Source of the DNA: Candidatus Eiseniibacteriota bacterium
Lineage (GTDB): Bacteria > Eisenbacteria > RBG-16-71-46 > JABDJR01
DNA length: 64,000 nucleotides
Reading direction: 5' to 3'
Assembly (NCBI GenBank): GCA_963783375.1
Contig: CAWANH010000029.1
Span: 160,001-224,000 of the forward strand
Part shown: in pieces, positions 1-12,154 of the stretch
How the letters are laid out: each line of letters starts with the position of its first letter
Numbering within the stretch: the first letter of the stretch is position 1
Program-made: the position numbers and the translations under genes
The notes under the pieces: generated by a model
The model's input: the letters and a program-made list of their open reading frames with translations, nothing else
Told to the model about the DNA's origin: nothing
Databases searched by the model: none

Positions 1-2
1 CG

Positions 3-365
3 ATCGTGATCGGGCGCGACCACCTCGACACCGGCTCGGTGGCCAGCCCCTACCGCGAGACCGAGGCCATGAAGGACGGCACCGACGCGGTGGCCGACTG
101 GCCGATCCTGAACGCCCTCCTCAACACCGCTTCCGGAGCGACCTGGGTGTCGTTCCACCATGGCGGGGGGGTGGGGATGGGGCTCTCCCTTCACGCCGGA
201 ATGGTGATCGTGGCCGACGGCACCCCCGAGGCGGCGGCGCGCCTCGAGCGGGTGCTCACCAACGACCCCGGGACCGGGGTGGTGCGCCACGCCGACGCCG
301 GCTACGAGGAGGCGCGCGAAGTGGCCCGGGCCAAGGGCATCCGCATGCCGATGGCGGAGGGGTAG
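3..365 (+). CDS. hutU: Urocanate hydratase, C-terminal part (runs off the left edge)
   Basis: [37 protein letters not shown] and RHADAGY motifs; adjacent to hutI. Confidence 0.97.
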   Translation: MVIGRDHLDTGSVASPYRETEAMKDGTDAVADWPILNALLNTASGATWVSFHHGGGVGMGLSLHAGMVIVADGTPEAAARLERVLTNDPGTGVVRHADAGYEEAREVARAKGIRMPMAEG

Positions 366-369
366 GGCC

Positions 370-1632
370 TTGGCCGCCGACCTCCTCGTCACCGGCATCG
401 GCGAGCTCTGCCGGATGGGTCCCGGTCCCGGCCCCCAGGCCGGCCCCGCCCAACGGGACGTGGGCGCGGTTTCCGACGCCGCGCTGGCCGTGGCCGGCGG
501 GACGATCGTCGCCGCGGGGTCTCGGGACGACGTGCTTCGGGCCGCGGGAAGACCCGATCGCACCCTGGACGTCGGCGGGGCCGTGGTTCTCCCCGGCTGG
601 GTGGACGCCCACACCCACCTGCTCTTCGCGGGCACGCGCGAGGACGAGTTCGCCATGCGGATCCAGGGCCGGACCTACCAGGAGATCGCCGCGGCGGGGG
701 GGGGGATCCACGCCAGCGTCCGTCACTTCCGCGAAGCCACGGACGAGGCGATCCTCGACCGGGCCCGGAAGAACCTGGACCTGGCCCTGGCCCTCGGCAC
801 CACCACCATGGAGGTGAAGAGCGGGTACGGCCTGGATGTCGAGCAGGAGCTCCGCGCCCTTCGCCTCATCCGCCGGCTGAAGGACGAGCACCCCGTGGAC
901 GTCGTTTCCACCTTTCTCGGCGCTCACGAGATCCCCGCCGAGTGGAAACACGACCGGGCGGGGTACGTGAAGCTGGTGGCCGGGACCATGATCCCCCGGG
1001 TGGCCGGGGAGGGGCTGGCCGAGTTCTGCGACGTCTTCTGCGAGGAGGGGGTCTTCACCCCCGCGGAGAGCCGGGTGGTGCTCGAAGCGGCCCGGGCCCA
1101 CGGCATGAAGCTCAAGCTCCACGCCGATGAGTTCGGGGACACCGGCGGCTCCCGCCTGGCCGCGGAGCTCGGCGCGGTGAGCGCGGACCATCTCCACGGC
1201 ACGCCCCCCGAGGCGGCCCGGGCCCTGGCCGCGGCGGGGACGGTGGGGGTGCTCCTTCCCGGGACGTCCTTCTTCCTGAACCTGGCCGCGAAGGCTCCGG
1301 CCCGGCAAATGGTCGAGGGCGGGCTCCCCCTGGCGGTGGCCAGCGACTTCAACCCCGGGTCCTCCATGTCCCAGAGCATGCCGCTCATGGTCACCCTGGC
1401 CGCGGTGGCGCTCCGGCTCGACCCCGAGGAGGCGCTGGTGGCGGCCACGGTGAACGGCGCCGCCGCGCTGGCCCGGGGCGACCGCGTCGGCCGCCTCCGG
1501 CCCGGCTATCGGGCCGACTTCCAGGTGCTCGACGTCCCCTCCCACCGGATCCTTCCCTACCACTACGGGGTCTCCCACGTGCGCGCGGTCTTCCGGGAGG
1601 GGAGACAGGTGGCGGGGGTTCCCCTGGTCTGA
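370..1632 (+). CDS. hutI: Imidazolonepropionase
   Basis: DAHTHL, EVKSGYGL, FCDVFCEEG, HADE, SADHL and ASDFNPGS motifs; TTG start. Confidence 0.95.
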   Translation: MAADLLVTGIGELCRMGPGPGPQAGPAQRDVGAVSDAALAVAGGTIVAAGSRDDVLRAAGRPDRTLDVGGAVVLPGWVDAHTHLLFAGTREDEFAMRIQGRTYQEIAAAGGGIHASVRHFREATDEAILDRARKNLDLALALGTTTMEVKSGYGLDVEQELRALRLIRRLKDEHPVDVVSTFLGAHEIPAEWKHDRAGYVKLVAGTMIPRVAGEGLAEFCDVFCEEGVFTPAESRVVLEAARAHGMKLKLHADEFGDTGGSRLAAELGAVSADHLHGTPPEAARALAAAGTVGVLLPGTSFFLNLAAKAPARQMVEGGLPLAVASDFNPGSSMSQSMPLMVTLAAVALRLDPEEALVAATVNGAAALARGDRVGRLRPGYRADFQVLDVPSHRILPYHYGVSHVRAVFREGRQVAGVPLV

Positions 1633-1738
1633 CCCCGGCCGGTCCGGTGGCTGACCCCAGCCGGCCGGCCTCCTCAGGTGCTCGCCAAATGCCCCCCCCG
1701 CACCGGATTCGGGCAGAAAAAAACTTGGTCCTCGGGGG

Positions 1739-1765
1739 TAACGTTCCGCCCCGGTCCGACGATAA
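1739..1765 (+). promoter_or_regulatory. Sigma28 (FliA/WhiG)-like promoter upstream of the TPR gene
   Basis: TAACGTTC-N11-GACGATAA against consensus TAAAGTTT-N11-GCCGATAA; similar motifs precede pilB, the pilus ABC gene and pilM. Confidence 0.55.
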
Positions 1766-1874
1766 AGAATGAGGGCGAGCGCTCCTCCGCGAGGGTGGTG
1801 GTGTGCGCCCGCGAGCAGCGTCGATCTGTCCACCCGGCAATGGCCGCCGGAGATCGGGATAGGGGGCTTCCTCC

Positions 1875-3804
1875 TTGGATCAGAACGCCAGTATCAAGCG
1901 AAGGGTCCAGAGCCTGATCAAGAAGGGTTCCTACGCCGAGGCCGCCGCCACCTACGAACAGTTGGCGGAGGCCGGCGATATGGATCCCTACGATTATGTG
2001 GTTCTGGGGGATCTGCTTATCCGGACCGGGCGCCGGCGGGAAGCGGTGGGCCGGTACGTGGAGGCGCTCAACAGCTACGCCGAAGCCGGGTTGAATCGGA
2101 ACGCCATCGCCCTGGCCAAGAAGGTGCGGCGCCTGGCCGCGGACAAAACCGTGATCCAGCGGCGGCTCGGCGATCTGTACGCCGCCGAGAGCCTGGAGAG
2201 CGAAGCGGCCCTGCACTACCTGGAATTCCTGGAGAGAGTGGACATCGAGGCCGAAGATGCCCCCGAGGAAGTCGAGCACGTTTGCCACCGGCTCCTGGAC
2301 CTGGCCCTGCCCTCCTTCGACGTGGTGGAGCGGGTGGTGGAGGCGGGGAAGCGGGTGGACCGGGAATCCCGGCTCGCCGCGGGGGTTCTGGAACAGGCCC
2401 GGCGGGCCGCCGCCCTCGACGAACCCGAGGTGGAGAAGCGGCTCACGGCGCTGGCGCTCTCCCTGGACGCCGAGCTCGACACCACCGCTCCCCCGTCGCT
2501 TCCCGCGGCGCCCGGGCGGGAAGAGACCGAAGACGCCCCCGGACCGGAGTTCATGGACCCCGGTGCGGTCCATCTCACGCCTTCCTCCCCCGATCCGCAG
2601 CCGGAATCCCCGGCGGAGCCCGCGCAACCGGCCGGGCCGCCGGTGCTCTCCCTGGACGATTTCTCCTACGACGATCCTCATACCGTGCACCTCGAGGCCT
2701 CGCCCGGGTCGGGGAACGGCGCCGGGGCGGAGATCGAGGATTCCGAAGCCCCGTCGAACCTGGCTCCCGACCTGGAGCTGGAGTCCCCGCGGCAGGAGTA
2801 GCGAACCGATCACGGAACCCTCCCCTGGCGCTCCCGCCGCGATATCCCACGGCTTCGGCGGAGCCTCGGAGGACGAAGCGGAAGAGGAGGAGGATCCCGC
2901 CGCGCTGCGCGCACGCGCCCTGGAATTCCTGGAAAAGAACGACCCACTCCGGGCCCAGCGGGAGCTCATGCGGGCGGCCCGCGCCTACTTCCAGATCGGG
3001 CACAGCCACGACGCCGAGGAACTCTACCGGCGGGTGGTTCAGCTCGACCCCAACCATCTGGACGCCCTGCGCGGCCTGGTGGAGCTCGCCCACATCAACG
3101 GCGAGAGCGGGAAGATGGCCCACTGGGGATGCGAGCTCGGCGACGTGCTCCTGGCCCGCGAGATGTATCCCGAGGCCAAGTTCCAGTTCGAGCGGGTTCT
3201 CGCCTTCGACGCGGAGAACGTGAAGGCCCGATCCCGGGTGAACCGGCTGAACACCATCGCCGGGGTGGAGGGGTCGTCCTTCGGCGCCCTGGCCCCGGAC
3301 GCCAGCGAGGTGGCCGGCGCCCAGGTCACCGTCCGGAACGATCCCCAGAACGAGAGCCAGAGCGCCTTCGATCTGTCCCAGATCCTGGACGAGTTCCGCA
3401 GCAAGGTCGAGGAGCAGATCCCCCGGGACGACCATCAGGGCCACTACGACCTCGGCGTCTCCTACAAGGAGATGGGGCTTTTCGCCGAAGCGGCCCAGGC
3501 CTTCGAGACCGCGGCCGAGGGGGGAGACAACCCTTCCCGGTCGCTGGAGATGCTGGCGGAATGCTATCTTCTTCTGGATCGGCATTCCGAGGCGCGCGAA
3601 GTTCTCGAGCGCATTCTCCCCGAGGCCGAGGGCGAGACCGAAGCGCGCCACCGCCTCCAACTGGGCCGGGCTCTCGAAGGCATGGGTGAATGGGACAAGG
3701 CAGAAGACGCATACTTCCAGGCCCTCGAACTGAACGAGGACCTGGTGGAAGCCGTGGAGCTCCTGGAGAGCATGGAGCAGCGGCGTGAGCGGGGAGCCGC
3801 GTAG
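1875..3804 (+). CDS. TPR-repeat protein, SgmX-like, split by a +1 frameshift near 2785-2790
   Basis: ORF 1875-2801 has N-terminal TPRs and an acidic Pro-rich linker; the 2257-3804 frame continues with TPRs and EFRSKVEEQI..GHYDLGVSYKEMGL. Removing one base (for example from the C4 run at 2785-2788) joins them. Confidence 0.75.
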
Positions 3805-4633
3805 CCCGGCTCCCGCCTCCTCCCGGGTCGATCTGCACTGCCACAGCTTCTACTCCGACGGTGAGCATGCCCCCGCCGACGTGGCGGCCATGGCCCGTCG
3901 GGCCGGCCTCTCCGCCCTCGCCCTCACCGATCACGACTGCCTGGAGGGCCTGGCCGAGTTCGTACGCGCCGCCGACGGATTCGAGCCCATCCCCGGGGTC
4001 GAGGTGAGCGCGCGGCGGAACCACACCGACGTCCACGTGGTGGGGCTCTTCGTCGATCCCGGGGACGAGCGGTTGCGCCGCCGCCTCCTGGATCTGGCCG
4101 AGACCCGGGCGGAGCGCACCCGGGCCATGGTGGCGCGGCTCCGGACCGCGGGCATCCGCATCTCCGAGGAGGAGGTCATGCGGTTCTCCACCCGCGGCAC
4201 CGTCGGCCGCCCGCACGTGGCCATGGCCCTGGTGGCTGTCCAGGCCGTGCAGTCGGTGGAGGACGCCTTCCGGAAGTACCTCCGGCCCGGCACCCCCGGA
4301 TACGTGCCCAAGCCGGGGCCGGCGCCCGAGGAGGCGGTGGCCTGGATCCACGAGGCGGGGGGCGTGGCGGTGCTGGCCCACCCCGGGCCCATGCACCACG
4401 ACGACTGGATCGCCCCCCTGGCCCGCGCCGGCCTCGACGGTCTCGAGGTCTGGCACCCCAAGCACAATTCCCGCCAGCAGGAGGTCTATCGGCGCCTGGC
4501 CGCCGATCTCGATCTGGTCCCCTCGGGAGGTTCCGATTATCATGGGGCGAGCGTGGGCGATGCCCTCATCGGTCAGGAACCGGTCCCCGCGGAGACGGTG
4601 GAGCGGTTGCGGCGGCGCCGCCGCCCCCGGTGA
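3785..4633 (+). CDS. PHP-domain phosphoesterase (YciV/TrpH-like)
   Basis: DLHCHSFYSDG, LTDHD, GVEVS, GRPHVA, LAHP and GGSDYHG motifs. Confidence 0.92.
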   Translation: MSGEPRSPAPASSRVDLHCHSFYSDGEHAPADVAAMARRAGLSALALTDHDCLEGLAEFVRAADGFEPIPGVEVSARRNHTDVHVVGLFVDPGDERLRRRLLDLAETRAERTRAMVARLRTAGIRISEEEVMRFSTRGTVGRPHVAMALVAVQAVQSVEDAFRKYLRPGTPGYVPKPGPAPEEAVAWIHEAGGVAVLAHPGPMHHDDWIAPLARAGLDGLEVWHPKHNSRQQEVYRRLAADLDLVPSGGSDYHGASVGDALIGQEPVPAETVERLRRRRRPR

Positions 4634-4705
4634 CCGGGTTGTCCCCCCGGCCCACGGCCCGATGGGTCGCGTTCCCGGAATGACGCCCGCAGTCGATTCA
4701 CCGCC

Positions 4706-7236
4706 ATGACCGAACTCGAACGGCTCACCCTGACGACCGCTTTTCTGGCCGCCGTGGTCGCGGCGGGGCTGGCCCTGTCCTGGGTCCCCCACGTGGAACT
4801 GGTCACCCTTACCGTGTTCGCCGCCGGCATCGCCCTGGGGAGCGCCCGCGGGGCGCTGGTGGGCGCGGTGGGGATGCCGCTGTACGTCTTCGCCCTGAGC
4901 GCGCTCCGGGGTTTCCCGCCCTCTCCGCTCCCCATCCTCGCCGTCCAGGCCGCCGCATTCGCCCTCCCCGGGGTGGCGGGCGGGGTGTGGCGCCGCGTCT
5001 GGCTCGTTCACCCCTCCCGGCGGCGCCTCGGCCACCTGCTGCTCCCCGCCCTGGGGTTTCTCCTGGCGCTCCTCACCCAGGCCGCCCTGAACGTGGCCTA
5101 CGCCTGGTTCCTGAGCCCGGGAGCCGCCTCACGCCTCGCGGTGTTCCTGTCCGGCATGGCCTTCGGGCTGGTGGACATGGCGGTGAACGCGGCGGTGTTC
5201 GCCGCGGCGGGGCCCCCCACCGCGGCCATCCTCCGGCGTACCGCGCGAAGCCGTGGGTGGTGGGGGAGGGCGACCGCCGCGGCCGCTCTGGCGGTTCTGG
5301 CCCTGGCCTGGGGCGCTCCGGTCCGCCTCGCCGAAGCCGCGCCGGCGGACTCCCGGGCCACTCCCGTCGATGCCTTCGCCGCCCCGGTCGACACCTCGAG
5401 CGCTCCCCTCGACACCCTGGCCGCCCCGGTCGATTCTCTCGGCGGCGTGAAAGGGGACGTGGCGCTCCCCGACACCCTGGGACTCCCCGGCCCCGAGGCG
5501 GTGGCCGAGAGCCTGGGCGTTTCCCGGACGGCGGGGGCGCCGCTCCGCCGCCTCCGCCTGCTTCCCGAGCCGGTGTGGCACGGCTTCTCCGCGCTCACCG
5601 TCTCGCCCTCCGGCGCGCCGACCCTCGAGGACGCCGACCTCTGGGACGGCGGGTCGCGGTCCTGGACCACTGCGCCCGCGGTTCCGCGGAGCCTGGACCG
5701 GTGGGGCCTGGGTTGGGGACGGGTGCGGTACAGCTACGACGGGCTTCCCCTGGCCGGACCGGTGCACGACGACGGCGAGCCGCCCGATCTGCCGTTGGCC
5801 TGGCGGGGGGCCTGGCGGGAGCGGTGGACGGCGGCGGGGACGGCGATCGATCTCTCGAGCCCCCGGCCGCTCGCCGTCGAGCCGGTGAGCCAGGTCTCCC
5901 TCACCTCGGGGAGCCTGGGGCGGCGGACCGCGGAGTTCGGGCTCTTTCGGAACCTGGGTCCGGTGAACTTCGGCGGCGATCTCCGGGACCGCCAGGAGCA
6001 GGGCTACACCCTTCTCACCCAGGGGGACCAGAGCCGGCTCTGGCTCCGGCTGGAGTCGGTCCCCGGCCGGCGACCGGACTGGACGCTGGACGTGGCCAGC
6101 GGGAAGGAGAAGGACCGGTACCTCTCCAGCGGAACCCTCATTCGCTCCTCGCGACGGATCCAGGGGAGTTTGAGCGGCCCCTTCGCGGGGGGGAGACCCG
6201 GCTCGCGCTCCAGCTCCGGCGCCGGGCCCTGGCCCTCTACTCGGGCCCCGGGGCCTTCGGCGAGGTCATATTCGACGGCTACACCTTCCAGGCGGACTGG
6301 GCGCCGCCGGGGATCGAGGGGCTCGACGCGCGACTTCGCTTCGACCGCGACCGGCGGCGAAACGTCCTGGCCGACGACCGCACCCTGGACGGGGGGAGCG
6401 CGGGGGTCTCCTGGGGGCGTGCCGGGACGCGCTGGAACCTGGGCGCCGAGGCCTCGGCCGGCGATCAGGAGCCCTACGGGTTCACCTGGAACGGGACCGC
6501 CGCCGCCGAACTCCACCACGAGAGCTGGGGGGGACGGGTCTCGGTGAGCCACGAGGAGGACTTGCCGCCCCTGGTGATCGGGGTGGACCGGCCGACCCCC
6601 GAGGCGGGGTTCGCGAGCTTCCTCGAACTGTACGAGAATGCCCCCGATCCGGAATCGCGGACCGCGATCCGGGTCGAGGGGGGGGTGAGGGGAGAGCGCG
6701 CCGGGGTGAAGCTCGGGGCGTGGGCGGGGCGGATCCGCCACTATCTCCTGGGCTCGAATCCGCTCTGGACCCCATTCACCGATTACACCCCGCTCGTCGT
6801 TCCTTCCACCTCCGCCGATGTCCTGGGGCTCTACGGCTCGGTGCGGCTGAGCGCGGGGCGGGGGATCTACGGCGAGGGCGCGGCGCGGGTGCAGAACCGG
6901 GAGGCGCGCGCGGTGCCCTACCTGCCGGCCTTCGACGCCGACGGGGCGATCCACTGGCGCCGCTACTGGTTCAAGCGCTCGCTCGACCTCGACGCCGCAG
7001 TGGGCGGCGTCCTGATCGGTCCGCGCACCAACCCCGAGGGAGAGCGCTATCCCACCACGGCCCTGGGCTACGCGAAGCTGGTGGGCCGGGTGGACAACGG
7101 GCTCCTCATCCTCATGTTCCAGAACCTGGGGGGCGCGTACATGGAGTCCGACTTCCGCTCCAGCGACACCGTGACCCCGCTTCCCATCGCCGGCCAGACC
7201 TTCGTGATCGGGCTCACCATGTTCCTGGCCCAGTAG
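4706..7236 (+). CDS. ECF S-component-like membrane domain fused to a putative outer-membrane beta-barrel (porin/TonB-receptor-like); -1 frameshift in the G7 run at 6187-6193
   Basis: About six TM helices with PHVELVTLTVFAAGxxxG; then a signal-peptide-like segment (RATAAAALAVLALAWG..AEA), APVD repeats and alternating beta-strands ending FVIGLTMFLAQ. One extra G restores PFAGGETRLAL. Confidence 0.65.
5360..5440 (+). repeat. Four imperfect 21-bp (7-aa) repeats encoding TPVDAFA-APVDTSS-APLDTLA-APVDSL
   Basis: GCCGCCCCGGTCGA recurs 42 bp apart; the periodicity is visible in the translation. Confidence 0.6.
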
Positions 7237-7322
7237 GGGATCGGGCCCCGGCAGTCTCGCTCGGGTGCTAGACTGAACACCGCGGCCCGCCTCCCAGAGC
7301 CCCCGCCGGAAAGGGGGCTTCA

Positions 7323-7760
7323 TTGCGCCTCCTCGATCCCTTCACCCCCGCCGAGCGCCGCCTCGCGCTCCTCTGTTTCGTCCTGGCCGTGCTGGGATCC
7401 GTCGTTCACACCTCGCGCCGGCTCTCGCCGGAGGTGGAGGCATGGCTCGAGCGCGGGCCCGCGCCTCCGGGGGAGCCGCCCCCCCCGGCCGCGGCGGATT
7501 CCGTTCCGATCCCGCGGAAGTCCGTCCCGGCGCCCCCGCCGGCCGCGGCCGGCGCCGCCCCGGCCGGGAAGATCGACCCCAACACCGCCGGCCCGGAGCG
7601 CCTCACGGACCTCCCGGGAATCGGTCCCGCCCTCGCCGGGCGGATCGTGGTCGACCGGGAGCGACACGGCCCCTATCGCCGCGCCGAGGATCTCCTCCGG
7701 GTCCCCGGGATCGGTCCCGCCACCCTGCGGCGGATCCGCGCCGGGTTGAGCCTGCCATGA
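7323..7760 (+). CDS. comEA: ComEA-family helix-hairpin-helix DNA-binding protein
   Basis: N-terminal TM, Pro/Ala linker, IDPNTA..LPGIGPALA..IV..R...G.Y...EDL.RVPGIG. Confidence 0.88.
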   Translation: MRLLDPFTPAERRLALLCFVLAVLGSVVHTSRRLSPEVEAWLERGPAPPGEPPPPAAADSVPIPRKSVPAPPPAAAGAAPAGKIDPNTAGPERLTDLPGIGPALAGRIVVDRERHGPYRRAEDLLRVPGIGPATLRRIRAGLSLP

Positions 7761-7853
7761 GGCAGTTGCCGCCGTGGACCGGAGCCCGGGACCTCCTGTG
7801 GGTCGGTAAACCCACCCCGGCCGGTTCCTGCAAGGCGGACGGTCTTTCTCCCT

Positions 7854-7879
7854 TCAAGTTCCGGCTTCTCCGCCGATAC
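7854..7879 (+). promoter_or_regulatory. Sigma28-like promoter upstream of pilB
   Basis: TCAAGTTCCGGCTTCTCCGCCGATAC (TCAA-N14-GCCGATAC); the first 13 nt are identical to the motif at 16089. Confidence 0.55.
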
Positions 7880-7990
7880 CTACCTTGCAAAAGGCACGAC
7901 CGGGGGGAGCAATCTGCGCAGACGCTTTCCCGACCGCACCCGGTCACTTCGGGGCAGACGGATTCTCATGTCCGTCTGCGGAGGCATCGC

Positions 7991-9674
<1,684 letters not shown>

Positions 9675-9682
<8 letters not shown>

Positions 9683-10907
9683 CCCCGGCTATCCGAACTC
9701 CGGAAACCGTCCCGGCGCCCAGCGCCCTGGCCCCCCCCCCTCGCCCGCGGGGGCGCCCGCCGGTCCCGGCGCCGTCCCCGGCGCTGGCCCGTCCGCTACC
9801 GGCGGTGGACCGTCCGCTCCCGGCAAGGGCGAGACCAACATGCACGACCTCCTGCGGGAGATGATCACGAGGAAGGCCTCGGACCTTCACCTGACCGCCG
9901 GGGTTACCCCCATGTTCCGGGTGGACGGCCAGCTCATGGGCAGCAGCTACAAGGTGCTGAAGCCGGAAGCGTGCGAGCGTCTGTCCTACTCGGTGCTGAC
10001 CGAGGAGCAGCGCAAGGGGTTCGAGATGAAGCGCGAGATGGACGTATCCTTCGGGATTCCCGGCCTCTCCCGCTTCCGCGCCAACCTCTTCCTCCAGCGC
10101 GGAGTGGTCAGCATGGCCATTCGCCAGATCCCTTACAACGTGCAGACGGTGGAGCAGCTCGGTCTCCAGAAGACCATCGTGGATTTCGCCCACAAACCCA
10201 AGGGCCTGGTCCTGGTCACCGGTCCCACCGGCAGCGGCAAGTCCACCACCCTGGCCGCCCTCATCAACCTGATCAACGAGGAGCGCCACGGCCATATCAT
10301 GACCATCGAGGACCCGATCGAGTTCGTGCACCAGCACAAGAGCTGCATCGTGAACCAGCGGGAAGTTCACGCCGACACCGACAGCTTCGCCAACGCGCTC
10401 AAGTACGTCCTCCGGCAGGATCCGGACGTCATCATGTTGGGAGAAATGCGGGACCTGGAGACCATCGCCGCCGCCCTCACCATCGCCGAGACCGGCCACC
10501 TGGTCTTCGCCACCCTCCATACCAACTCCACCTTCGAGGCGGTGAACCGCGTGGTGGACGTGTTCCCTCCCTCCCAGCAGAAGCAGGTGCTGTCCCAGCT
10601 CGCCTTCGTGCTGGAGGGGGTGGTGGCCCAGCAGCTCCTGCCCCGGGCCCGCGGGGCGGGGCGGGTGTTGATCCCGGAGATCCTGGTGTGCACCCCGGCG
10701 GTGAAAGCGGTGGTTCGCGAGGGGAAGACCCATCAGATCTACACCCTCATGCAGGCGGGGAGCAAGCACGGCATGCAGACCATGAATCAGGCCCTATTCT
10801 CGGCTTACGCCAACCGCCTCATCTCCTACGAGGAGGCGATCGGCCGTAGCTTCGATCCCCAGGAGTTCGCCCAGATGACCTCGAAGAGCGGGCTCAGAGC
10901 GGCCTAG
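9675..10907 (+). CDS. pilT: Type IV pilus retraction ATPase with a Pro/Gly-rich N-terminal extension
   Basis: ASDLHL, GPTGSGKSTT, TIEDPIE, LRQDPD, ETGHLVFATLHT and AIRNLIRE-like AVKAVVREGK; ATG overlaps the end of pilB. Confidence 0.95.
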
Positions 10908-10930
10908 GCGGCCAAGGAGAGGAGTGAACC

Positions 10931-12154
10931 GTGCCCACCTACGTATGGAAAGGTAAGACGCTCTCGGGGGAGATCCAGAGCGGGGAGATGACCCTGGGGA
11001 ACCAGGAGGAAGTTCTCTCCCAGCTTCGCCGGAAGCGCATCATCGCCACCTTCGTTCGGGAGAAGCCCAAGCAGGTCTCCTTGAGCCTCCGGCTCAAGGG
11101 ATCGAGCGGGGTGAAGACCAAGGACCTGGCCATCTTCACCCGGCAGTTCGCGACCATGATCAACGCCGGGCTGCCCCTGGTGCAGTGCCTGGACATCCTC
11201 TCCCAGCAGGTGGACAACCCGGCCTTCAAGACCGTGATCGGGAGCGTGATGCACGACGTGGAGTCGGGATCCACCCTGGCCGAGGCCATGCGCCGGCACC
11301 CGAAGGTGTTCGACAAGCTGTTCACCAACATGGTGGAAGCCGGCGAGGCGGGCGGTGTCCTGGACGACATCCTTCTCCGTCTGGCCACCTACATCGAGAA
11401 GGCGGAAGCGCTCAAGCGGAAGATCAAGAGCGCCATGACCTACCCGATGGTGGTCCTGATCGTGGCCGTCGTGGCCACGTCGTTCATGCTGCTCTTCATC
11501 ATTCCCACCTTCGCCAAGATCTTCCTGGAGTTCGGGGGCGACCTGCCCCTGCCCACCAAGATCGTGCTCGGACTGTCGGGATTCCTCCGGGGCTACTGGT
11601 ACATCCTGGTCGGCGGGATCATCGGGGCGGTGGTGGCCTACCGGCGTTACGTGGCCACGGAGGGCGGACGAAGGACCGTGGATCGTCTGAAGCTCCGCCT
11701 GCCGATCCTGGGCGACGTGCTCCGCAAGGGCGCCATCGCCCGCTTCACCCGCACCCTCGGCACCCTGATCTCTTCGGGGGTGCCCATCCTCGACGGCCTG
11801 GAGATCACCGCCCAGACCTCGGGCAACAAGATCATCGAGGAGGCGATCATGTACACCCGGGGCTCCATCCGGGAAGGCGAGACCATCGCCGCGCCCCTGA
11901 AGGAGTCGAAGGTGTTCCCGCCCATGGTGGTGCAGATGATCGGGGTGGGCGAGGAAACCGGCGCCCTGGACGAGATGCTCAACAAGATCGCCACCTTCTA
12001 CGACGACGAGGTGAATACCGCGGTCGACACCCTGACCTCGGTCATCGAACCGGTCATGATCGTGGTCATGGGGCTCATCGTCGGCGGCATGGTCGTCGCC
12101 ATGTACCTGCCGATGTTCAAGCTCGTTTCGGTGGTGGCCGGTGGAGCGAACTAG
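10931..12154 (+). CDS. pilC: Type IV pilus inner-membrane platform protein (GspF family)
   Basis: FTRQFATMINAGLPL, AGEAGGVL, YP and GEETGALDEML motifs. Confidence 0.96.
   Translation: MPTYVWKGKTLSGEIQSGEMTLGNQEEVLSQLRRKRIIATFVREKPKQVSLSLRLKGSSGVKTKDLAIFTRQFATMINAGLPLVQCLDILSQQVDNPAFKTVIGSVMHDVESGSTLAEAMRRHPKVFDKLFTNMVEAGEAGGVLDDILLRLATYIEKAEALKRKIKSAMTYPMVVLIVAVVATSFMLLFIIPTFAKIFLEFGGDLPLPTKIVLGLSGFLRGYWYILVGGIIGAVVAYRRYVATEGGRRTVDRLKLRLPILGDVLRKGAIARFTRTLGTLISSGVPILDGLEITAQTSGNKIIEEAIMYTRGSIREGETIAAPLKESKVFPPMVVQMIGVGEETGALDEMLNKIATFYDDEVNTAVDTLTSVIEPVMIVVMGLIVGGMVVAMYLPMFKLVSVVAGGAN

Noticed and set aside
4634-4705. Cobalamin or other riboswitch before the S-component gene
   Set aside because: Only 72 nt of intergenic space and no recognisable aptamer core.
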